Below the pieces are notes generated by a model. That model saw nothing but the letters and a program-made list of their open reading frames with translations, was not told where the DNA came from and searched no databases. From assembly GCF_000315625.1 (NCBI RefSeq), contig NW_005434564.1, forward strand, positions 163,823-227,822: a stretch of DNA of 64,000 nucleotides. The letters are read 5' to 3'. Below, in pieces: positions 1 through 11,698 of this stretch (position 1 is its first letter; each line of letters begins with the position of its first letter). This stretch comes from Guillardia theta CCMP2712. Its lineage: Eukaryota; Protista; Cryptophyta. The translations under genes were made by a program, and so were the position numbers.

Positions 1-265
<265 letters not shown>

Positions 266-305
266 TCCTCATCGCCATCATCAACAACAACATCACATCA
301 GTTAC

Positions 306-2210
<1,905 letters not shown>

Positions 2211-2288
2211 GGAGGGGGAACATGGTGGAAAATGTCGTGAAAAAATGTCTCATTCTCCTTTCCTCTCTTAGCCGCTGATCCCTCTAAC

Positions 2289-2410
2289 TCTCCCTCTCCC
2301 TCTCCCTCTCCCTCTCCCTCTCCCTCTCCCTCTCCCTCTCCCTCTCCCTCTCCTCCCCTCCTCCCCTCCTCTCCCTCTCCCTCTCCCTCTCCCTCCCCTC
2401 CCCTCTCCCT
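2289..2410. repeat. (CTCTCC)n polypyrimidine tract
   Basis: Directly visible. Confidence 0.9.
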
Positions 2411-2640
2411 CCCCGTCGCATGTTTCACCGTTCAACGGCATCAGTGGTTTGTCAAATTTTGACAGGCTTGGGTAAGAGTGGGGAGGAGCCTCTCCCCGAA
2501 TGACACGGCCCGCGGGGCGCGGCGGCGGGCCGGGCCAAGCCTGCCACGCCGGCGGGACGGTACTATACTGATAATGATACGGTCACCGGCAGGGCCGCCG
2601 GCCCGCCCGGGTCGGACAGTGCGGTACTAACTTGAGGTTG

Positions 2641-2899
2641 TGTTCTACTTGAATTACAAAGAACACCGTAGCCAGCAACGAAGCTAAGATGGCACATGAT
2701 GTACAAACCGTTGAACCATCATGATCACATGTACGGTACTCAATATCGGACCCTCGGAGTCTGCCAGTTGCTAAACTTGCTTCAGAGTAACCGTGAACCG
2801 ATGTCCACACAGACAGAGCGGTATCAAAGTTAAGTTAAAAAGCAGTACGAGGACAATCAGGAGAGTATCCATTTGCAAGTTGTGTTGCTGAATCTTGCC
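2641..2899 (+). repeat. Dispersed repeat family B, 5' part, heavily interrupted by micro-insertions
   Basis: Colinear by eye with 43698-43908 (aattacaaagaacac...catgtac...ttgctaaactt...gtccacac...gtatccatttg...gttgctgaatcttgc). Confidence 0.85.
2826..2867 (-). repeat. Short 3' fragment of repeat family A nested inside family B
   Basis: Reverse complement reads actctcctgattgtcctcgtactgctttttaacttaacttt, matching 51334-51372. Flanked by GTATC at 2821-2825 and 2865-2869. Confidence 0.85.
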
Positions 2900-3428
2900 A
2901 ATCATGCGTCGAGGCAAAGCCAATGATTGATTGAACGAGTGCCATGCTGGTAAGTCTACCTCAGGAGGAAAACCGTTCAGTCACCGATCATGGAGTCCTC
3001 ACTCAGCGGCCATGAACACTGACCGTGATGATTCGCATCGCATGTTATGATCGGACCTTCCAGGACCGCCTATCAGTGCAGCGCAGCGCACTGGCCTGCG
3101 CCAGTCAAGTTCACTGGCAACTTGCCCCGACGGTGGCGGGCCGCCCTACAGTACGGTCCGACGGTCGGACGCAAGCATCGGAAGAGCCTTCTCATTCAGT
3201 CGAATGCTACAGAAGACAAATGAGGGGTATGAGAAGAATGAGTGGTATGAGATGATGAAAGAACATAATCTTGACTTGCTTGAAACCAAGAGTTGAAATT
3301 CGTTTACAAATCGTTCGCATTTGAGAGTGCAGCGGATCAAGAATGCAGCAAACTTCGATCTGAAAAGATTTGTATTACAGACAAGAATGCGATTCTTCCT
3401 GCTTCATTGAAGCGTTAACATTCGCGAC

Positions 3429-3659
3429 TTGACATCAGGTTCTGACAGTGAAACAGAGCCCACAAGGGAAGAAACTCAGGAATGTCATTTCGATTGGCTC
3501 GCTGAGTTCAAGGCCCTGAAAAAAGCTGCATCATCTCAAGATTACATGATATACGACCAGAAGTTTGAAAATCATTCCTCGGCATGTTGCCATAGCCCTT
3601 ACGATCGTGGATCCCCCGTGCCGAGATATTTCTCTTCACCAAAGATTGTGCAACGCTGA
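3429..3659 (+). CDS. Possible last exon of a small hypothetical protein
   Basis: Open frame after an acceptor-like ttgacatcag; possible upstream exons from ~3252. No homology recognised. Confidence 0.25.
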   Translation: MTSGSDSETEPTREETQECHFDWLAEFKALKKAASSQDYMIYDQKFENHSSACCHSPYDRGSPVPRYFSSPKIVQR

Positions 3660-4169
3660 TACGTTCTGATTCTGACGAAATGATTTCGACATGCTTTCTT
3701 CGTTGAAATGCACAAACCCCTGTTTTTGCTTGAGAAGTCCTTTCGGGCTGAATGTCAACTTGCCATTCGGATCGGCGTCCTTCTTCGTTTCAAGCTTGAT
3801 CTCACTCAGTCGACGGAACGACGTGAAATTTTGTGGTGCTCCAGATATCTCCTTGCCACTGTACGAGCCCCTTCTCATGCTTGCCATGTGAGCAGACGAG
3901 CGCGGGACGGAGATTTGTTCAAAGGTTGGGACCACGCCGAATGGAGATTCTACCTGCTTGTTTGTATGGGTTGAAGCTAGAATTCTTTGATGCGCGTTTC
4001 GCTGTAAACAACAACCGACCAGGTCCCATGCTGAGTCCTCCATCCTACTAGCTGAGGATCCAACTTGCCCTCCAAGGAACATGCCTGACTTGAGTCCCTT
4101 CTTGCCTCTGCTCGCCATCGCCACCTCCTCTTCTCCTTTCTGCCGCTCTTTTGCATTGATCGTCCCCAT
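3636..4169 (-). CDS. Hypothetical basic protein (~177 aa, may contain an intron)
   Basis: ATG-initiated, non-repetitive ORF directly downstream of a C/G-run zone like those preceding other genes. Confidence 0.4.
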   Translation of the reverse strand: MGTINAKERQKGEEEVAMASRGKKGLKSGMFLGGQVGSSASRMEDSAWDLVGCCLQRNAHQRILASTHTNKQVESPFGVVPTFEQISVPRSSAHMASMRRGSYSGKEISGAPQNFTSFRRLSEIKLETKKDADPNGKLTFSPKGLLKQKQGFVHFNEESMSKSFRQNQNVSALHNLW

Positions 4170-4649
4170 CGCCGTCGCACTGTCAACTAGCTTGCCACCA
4201 CCCCTACCCCCTTCGCACCTTTTTTGCTAAAACTGTACCACACCCTCTACCCCACCCCCCCACCTGGTGGTATCAGTAGAGTTCCTCGGACAACAAGTTC
4301 AAAATGGCGAAAATACAGCCACCACCCCTGTACGACCAACCACCCCCCTCCGGACCACCACTACAAGGTGCGAAGTACTACCAGGAAACCTTGAAGTACC
4401 CCTCCTTTGCGCTATCGTAGTTCACATTGTCGCACGACTGAACTCCTCAGTCGGACCCCCACCCAAGTAGGACATGAGGAAATCAACTACCCCACCCCCA
4501 GTGACTGAATAGTTGACATGTCAAACAGGTCAGGTCATCCGTACCCCAAAAATGACTATCATGCCGGGGCTCCGAGGGGTGGGGGATGTGATGGTGGTGG
4601 TGGTGACAGGGATAGGGGTGGGGGGGGGGGGGGCAGGTACTTCGGTACG

Positions 4650-4826
4650 GAATCTGAAAAAAACTGAAATCATTTGTAAAGAGACGCTTCTGGTACAATT
4701 TTCATTATAAGTATTTTAGGTCGTAGTACCAGGTCTCCTCTAGTACATTGATTTAGCCTGAAGGTTGTTTCTGCTAAAACTCTCAGAGCTGTCACTTATG
4801 ATTTCAAATCTTAGAGGCCAATTGAT
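4650..4826 (+). repeat. Dispersed repeat family B, 3' part
   Basis: Colinear with 43900-44026 (aaactga-atcatttg...cttctggtacaatt...tgtttctgc-aaaac...atgatttcaaatcttag). Confidence 0.8.
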
Positions 4827-5126
4827 CGCTGTAATTTTGAACTTTGGAATAATATTGTCACGCCTCTTTGAGTCTCGGAAAGGGCCATGAAGGCTTTGAG
4901 CCTGTCAATAAACTTCCCGGCGAATCCGATGATCGGCGGCGAGTGACTGACGGGAGTCGGGAGGCCGGCCGGCCGCCGGCCCGGGCGGCCAAGAAGTTCC
5001 GGCTGGCAACTTGAAGTCACTCGAGTCGGCGGCCGCGGCCCGGGCCACCCGGTCCGGCCCCCGGGGCCGCCGGGTGACCGTACCGTACCGTGATCACTGA
5101 TCCGATCCCGGGCGCGTCTGGTCCGG

Positions 5127-5570
5127 GCGCGATACTGATACTATGATACTAGCCGGCATGACGGCGCGGCCCTCCGACTCGGGTCACGGGTGGCAAGTTT
5201 GCGCAAAGGTAAGTCGGAAGGTGAAGTAGTATCATGATCGGATGACTCTGTGAGACACCAGTAAGTTTGGGGAGCTGAGCCGTACTGGCACCGTGCCGGG
5301 CAGCCGCCGCCAGTCACTGAGTGAGCAGTCACTGACTTTCGCCGGCCAAATAGTACGACGGGCCGGGTACCGGCCACCGGCACGCCGTATACGATAGTAG
5401 GATTGGGTTTAGTTCTCGCCGCTGTCGAGTCTCTTGTCGCTGGCAGTATGGCCTGGCGAGTCACTCCGCGACTCAGGGGCCCGGCCAGGGTCAACTGCCT
5501 CCTCTACTCTGACTCTCCTGATTGTACGGTACGGTCCTCGTACTGATTTTTAACTTAACTTTGAGTAAAA
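5127..5570 (+). repeat. Dispersed repeat family A, strongly expanded copy
   Basis: Shares ordered blocks with 50645-50921 and 51085-51379: ggcatg..gcgcgg, gtaagt..gaag, taagtttgggg, gttctcgc, cagggtcaa, ctcctgattgt, cctcgtactgatttttaacttaactttgagtaaa. Confidence 0.8.
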
Positions 5571-5671
5571 GGTCTGTGAAGCAATGCTTTTGAGAGGGGA
5601 CGGGGACGAGGGCCTAGAAGACATATAAACCAAGGAAGCGCAGGGGGAGGAAGAGGAGGAGAGAGAGATAG

Positions 5672-5710
<39 letters not shown>

Positions 5711-5727
5711 TAGATAGACAGACAGAC

Positions 5728-5762
<35 letters not shown>

Positions 5763-6092
5763 GGAGGAGAGAGGATCCAGATGAGAAAGGGACTAATACA
5801 ACACGACGTATGGTCATCTAGAAATAGCTGCGTGCTTGCTTGACTGTAGTGGGAACAAAGCTGTACCAAGAGCAATGCTGTCCTTCATGTCTTGGATCTA
5901 ACAGTTCCATATAGGAGGAAAGATCCCCTGCAAGTCACTTCATACTCTCCTGCTCCCACATCACAGACCATGTGTTGAGCGAGAGCCGCTGCTCCTTGGT
6001 TTACACACTTTCGCCCTGCTGTTTCCTCCTGCTCCTGCTCCTCCTCCTCCTCCTCGTTGTCAGCACGCAGGACGAGAGTACAACAGCCACAC

Positions 6093-7622
6093 ATGAACTT
6101 GTTCTTCCTTCTCACATGCCTCTGTTTCATCATCATTGGAGCTCGGAGTGAACTGGCCCCTGTGGCCCCTCTGCTCCCCCTCCAACTCTCCACCACAGCT
6201 ACAACAAACTTGCTGAGAAGTGACTCGTGCGGGTTTGTTCTAGATTGTGGGGCAGCCTTGAAGTCTCTCAGCTGGGTTAGAGCAGAGGGACGTTGCCAGC
6301 TGTCGTGCCTGTGGAGTAGGAGAGCACCGAGGGGCGGAGCGAGACTGCAGCGACAAGTCGTGAGAGGAGGAGGAGCGACATCGAGCATGTCACAGGGGGG
6401 GAGCAGCAACGTCATCGACGGGAGGAGGATCTCGCAGCTGGTGCAGGAGGAGGTGAAGCTCCACGTGGAACAGCTCAAGAGCGAGCACGGGGTGGAACCG
6501 GGACTTGCGGTGCTGATCATCGGGGACAGGACAGATAGCCAGGTGTACGTGAAGCACAAGGTACTAGCATGCGAGAAGTGCGGTATCAGGTCCGTCAAGG
6601 TGGAGCTGGGCAAGGAGACGACGCAGGAGGAGGCGGAGAGGGTCGTGCGGGAGCTCAACGGCGACTCGTCGATCCACGGCATCCTGGTCCAGCTCCCGAT
6701 TCCAGAGCACCTCGACGAGAAGAAGCTGCTGGCTGAGATCTCCTTTGAGAAGGACGTCGACGGGTTTCACCCTACCAACATCGGGCTCCTCGCCATGCGC
6801 GATCGCAAGGCCCTTGCGCAGCCATGCACTCCCTCGGGTGTAATGGAGATCCTGAGAAGGTCCTNNNNNNNNNNNNNNNNNNNNNNNNNNNNNNNNNNNN
6901 NNNNNNNNNNNNNNNNNNNNNNNNNNNNNNNNNNNNNNNNNNNNNNNNNNNNNNNNNNNNNNNNAAGCGGGGGAATTCGGGGTTTTTTTTTTTGGGGGGA
7001 GAGGAGGAAAAAAAACCACGGGGTTTGGGGAACAAAAAGTTTTTTAACCAGAGAAAAAGGGGGTTTACCGCCCCCAAAAGGGGGGGGGGGGCAAAAGAGA
7101 ACCCCCCAAAAGAGGAGAAATTTTGGGGGGGAAATAAAGGGGTTTTGGTAAAACCGGGGGACGGGGGGGCCGCTCCAGTTTAGAAGGCCCTTGGAGGAAA
7201 AAAAAGGGGGGGGGAAAATTTCCTGAGGAAAAGGGGGGGGAGGGTACACCAACAAAAATGGGGTTCCTGCCCTGGGGGAGTGAAAAGCCGTTGGGGGGAA
7301 CAAAACCCCCCGGGGGGAAAAAAGGAAAATCAAAAGGGGGCTTTGGGCCAGCCCCCCCCCCCCCCCCCCCCCCCTTTCCTTCCTCCTTCCTCGCAGTCTC
7401 CTTTCTCGTAGCAGTTACTCTTTCCCTTTGCTCTCCTCCTGCTTGACCGCCGATCCATTTTTCACTGTCATGTTTGCTCTTGTCCTGCTGTAGCTTGTTC
7501 TCCTCCTTATTTCTACCTGCTCTTCCTCTTCTTCCTCTTCTTCCTCTTCCTCTTCCTCTTCCTCTTCCTCTTCCTCTTCCTCTTCCTCTTTTTCTTCCTC
7601 TTCCTCTTCCTCTTCCTCCTCC

Positions 7623-7653
<31 letters not shown>

Positions 7654-9302
7654 TCTCCTCTTCCTTCTCTTCCTCTTCCTCCTTCTTTTTCTCCTTCTTC
7701 CTTCTTCTCTTTCTTTCCTTCAGCTTCCTCGTCCTGCCCTGAAACAAGGGAGAATTCATGGCCTTCTTCTAACAGCAACGGCAGGGAGAAGGTGGAAACG
7801 AAAGGAGCCAAGGCTGTTGTGGTCGGCAGGTCCAACATCGTCGGCATTCCAATGGCCCTCCTCCTCCTCAAGGCCAACGCTACTGTAGAGGTGCGAGAAG
7901 GAGGGAGGGGAGGAAGAGTGCTAAAGGGCGGGGGAAGGAGAGGAGGAGGCAGTTTAGAAGGAGGACAGGAGGGAGCAGAGAGAGAGGGGGATCAGCAAGA
8001 GATCAAGAAGATCAGCACGAGATCACGGAGGGGAGGAAGAGATCAAGGAGGGGAGGAAGAGATCGAGGAGGGGAGGAAGGGATGAAGTAGGGGAGGAAAA
8101 GATCAAGGAGGGGAGGAAGAGATAGTGTGGAGGAGGACGTCTTGACGTTGACGTTGCAGGTTGTTCACTCTCAGACTCCTCGGGCTGAACTTGAGAGTGC
8201 CGTCAAGTCAGCTGACATCCTCGTCGTAGCGGCTGGAAAAGCTGGGTATGCCTCCTGCTCCTGCTCCTGCGCCTCTTGCTCCTCCTGCTCTTCCTCCTCC
8301 TCCTTCCTCCTCGTCGTCGTCATGCCCACTACCAACACCCGCTCCTGCTCCTGCTCAACTTCCTTCATCCCTTTGCTCTCTTTATCTTGCTGCTGCTTCT
8401 GCTGCTGCATCCATCTCAGGATGGTTCTCCTCGCCTGACTTTGTCTCAGCCTCGTCGATGGCTCGTGGATCAAGGAAGGATCCGTCGTCATCGATGTCGG
8501 CATGAACTCCATACCGGTCCTCTACTGCTCCGCTAACCCCTGCTCCCTCCTCTCCTTTCCTCTTCTCCTTTGCTCAGCCATCTCCTTTCATCTTCATATC
8601 TCCTCCTCTTCCTCTTCCTCTTCCTCTTCCTCCTCCTCTGTTTCCCTTCCCCTCTTCTCCTCCTCTTCTCTGCTTCCTCGCCTCGCTCCACCTCTCTCTC
8701 TCCCTGAGTATCTTTCTGGACAGGACGCGAGCAAAAAGAACGGCTACCGTCTAGTCGGAGACGTTCAGGTCCTCCGACATTCTCAGCCTTTCCTCTTCTC
8801 TTCCCCTTCGCCTCTTCTATCATCTCGCTCCCCCCCTCCCTCCTCCCCTTCCGTTACTCTCCTCCACTTCCCCCCCCTTCTCCCCCCCCCTCTCCCCCTC
8901 CTCGCTCAGCTTGACTCGCCACCAGTATGACGAGGCAGCCAAGAGGGCCAAGCTCATCACGCCGGTCCCAGGAGGAGTCGGTGAGATTCAAACTTGCCTC
9001 CTCTGCCCCCCCTAAACCACTTCTCCTTGTCTCGTTGTTCCCTTCCCCTCTCTTTTTCATCCTCGCTCTCGCTCTCCCTCCTCGCTCTCCCTCCTTGCTC
9101 TCGCTCTCGCTCTCGCTTTCCCTCCTCCCTTCGCTCTTCTCCCTCGCTCTCCCTTCTCGCTCTACTTCTTCATCCATCGACCCCCTCCCCTCATATTTTC
9201 TCAGGCCCCATGACTGTCGCCATGCTCATGCACAACACGGTGACCTTAGCGGCGACCCAGAACAAGGTCCCGGTCCCCATGCTCAAGGGCGACCTGGTTT
9301 GA
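6093..9302 (+). CDS. folD: Bifunctional methylenetetrahydrofolate dehydrogenase/cyclohydrolase, ~7 exons, with N-terminal targeting-like extension
   Basis: Motifs PGLAVLIIG, YVKHKVLACEKCGI, HGILVQLPIP, EKDVDGFHPTNIG, PCTPSG, VVVGRSNIVGIPMALLL, ADILVVAAG, VVIDVG, RLVGDV, ITPVPGGVGPMTVAMLMHNT. Exons ~6093-6859, 7785-7890, 8160-8244, 8450-8516, 8724-8768, 8926-8980, 9205-9302. Confidence 0.95.
6865..6964. other. Assembly gap (100 N), followed by low-quality homopolymer-rich sequence to ~7375
   Basis: N run; the adjacent sequence looks like a degraded read tail. Confidence 0.95.
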
Positions 9303-9426
9303 TCCTTCCAACTCCTGCTGCGGGAAGGAAGAGAGAAGGAAGAGAGGAGAAGAGAGGAGGAGAAGCCCAAGAGGACGGAAAGAAGAGCATGTTGCTTCCT
9401 CCTCCTCCTCCTCCTCCTCTGCCTCT

Positions 9427-9457
<31 letters not shown>

Positions 9458-9918
9458 CCTGGTGCCCCATGTGCTGAATGTCTGTTACGAGATTCTGTGC
9501 GAAGAAATTCTATCGTTCATTCCTCTGTATGTACATCACCGTAACTTTCATCTCCCACTTCTCCGTCGCTCTCCATCCTCCTTCTCGTTCTCTTTCTGTT
9601 CTCAGACGGGAAAACTTCGACAACCTCACGGCCGAGGGTTCAGGGGGGCAGGAGGGAGGACGAAGGGTTGCAAGTCTGACGTGAAGAGACGGCGGGAGAG
9701 CCTGAGAGGAAGGGAGAGTCTTGAAAGATCCTTCACGGAAAGGGCGACACCAACTCCCGGGGGCTATAAGATCCATCCCTTTCCCTCCTCCTCCTCCTCC
9801 TTCTCATTGTTGACCCGTCCATCCACAGCGTTCTCCTTCACAAGTCCTGATTCTTGCCTTCCTATCCCACGCTCCCGTCCGCTTGCTCTCCTCCCCTCTC
9901 CCTCCCCTTCTCCCTCCT

Positions 9919-11698
9919 TCATTCATCTTGGATGAGGGAGGAGAGCAGTCCTCGGTCAAGGTCCTCCACCCGCTTGAACGTGAAGTTGTACGTACAAATC
10001 TCCTTGTCACCCTTGGAGAAGATGTCTCCCTGGAACGACATGCCCTTGGGAGTTATCGTCCAAGTCTTGCTGCCGGGAGAAAGTCAGTCGGAAGCACACA
10101 AGCAGGAGAAGAGACAGAGGAGGAGGAGGCAGACGAGGAGCAAGAGGAGAGACAGAGAAGGAGCAAGAGGAAGGCAAGAGAGGGAGGGCATGGAGGAGAA
10201 AGGGGGGAGGGTGGAAGTGTTCTTGTTCTCAAATGAGAACAAAGGTCGACAAAAGAGATGAGGAGCTGAGAGGGGAGAGGAGGAAAAATGATGGTGCAGA
10301 AGAAAGATTGGCTGCGATCATGACAGTCGCGACTGACCTGTGGAAGCATTCCCATCCCTCCTTCGCTGGAATCTCATGGAATGCCGTCATGTGCAGACTC
10401 TCTGCCGCAGAGTTCCTGTGCGCGTAGATGCGAAGGTACGACCCTGTGTCGGACAGAAACTTCTTCACCGGCTCCCCGTTGAGCGTCGCTCGGTACAGCT
10501 CTGACCATGGCGTTGTGAACGCCCCTGCTTCCCTCGGCAGCTTCAGCCTCGTGTGCACGATGACACAAGGCGTGTCAGACTGGTTGAGGTCGAGCATGAT
10601 GTGAAACTGAGTCATCTTGTTCACACCCCTCAGCACACACTCCTCGGACGAATCATAATTGTTCGCCTTCCCGTTGATGATTTTCTCTAAGATCTCTTTG
10701 CCGATGTCGATCTTGAGCAGCGCGTTCACGCACCTCTGGCACCAGCCGAACTCCGTCTGGTCTGCCATGCGAATGTGCTCGTGCCGCTTCTTGAACTCCT
10801 CGTCCACCACCCATGGGAACGGGTGAGAAACCTTCTCGTCGTATTCGAATACCCCGCAGAGATCACGGAGGAGGTCGAACATCAACTTGGAGGGAAACTT
10901 GGTGACTGGACTTGGACACAGCTGTGGGATGCTGAGGATGAAGACAGCGATGCTCGAGCAACGTTGCTGTGTCGGAACGAACTTACAGGGCAAGCACTCG
11001 AAGGCTTGAGAACCGAAGGTGAGGACCTTAGCCGAGAACTCGCTCAGGGTAACCGGGCCGTCTTTGATGAGAAACTTCCTGAAGGCTGGAAGCTCAGGGG
11101 AAGGGACAAACCGCAGCAGCGACTGCCCGACAAGCCCTGGGGCTGGTAGACAGGAGAACCATCTTTGCAGTCCCTTGCTCATCCTCGTTACCGTCCAGTC
11201 TGCCAAGTTCACCTCCATGAGCAGCAGCATCTCACTCTCAAGCATCCCCTCCATCACTGAATCCAAGGGTATGGCAACAAAACTCTCCTTGCTACCCGCC
11301 CCGTTCCTTGCTGTTTCATCCGCCACGTCCTTGTCAACCCCGTTCTCCAGTTTGATAGTCGTTTGCAGCTTGTTTCTCTCTGACTTGGCACACTTCTCCC
11401 CTGGGCTTCTTATCGCCGTCTCCTCTTCGTTCGCACTGCATTCTTTGCTCGCACTTCCCTCTCCCTTGATCGGCGAGGTCCTGGTATCTCCGCCCAATCT
11501 CCTTCGTAGGCTCTTGACCGCGGCCAGAGTGTCTTCATGTAGCTGCATTATCGTCCTTCTCGAGGCAAGGCTGCCTTTCTCGGCAGAGAGAGGGCGATCT
11601 TGGAGGGGAACGAGCGCGTCCAGTTGCAGAACGAGGGCTCGAGTTCGTCTCCTTTGCTCTGCCTTGTCTATGCGGACCCGCTCCGAACGGGAGAGCAT
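9919..11698 (-). CDS. bHLH-PAS-like transcription factor with additional C-terminal domain (2 exons)
   Basis: N-terminal DKAEQRRRTRALVLQLDALVP...RRTIMQLHEDTLAAVKSLR (bHLH-like). LLLMEVNLADWTVTRMSKGLQRWF...LVGQSLLRFVPSPELPAFRKFL (PAS-like). Donor at ~10337; last exon ~9919-10069 ends CTYNFTFKRVEDLDRGLLSSLIQDE*. Confidence 0.7.

Noticed and set aside
6965-7375. Homopolymer-rich G/A/C segment beside the gap, as a possible G-quadruplex or novel repeat
   Set aside because: Has the appearance of low-quality read-tail sequence next to an N gap.
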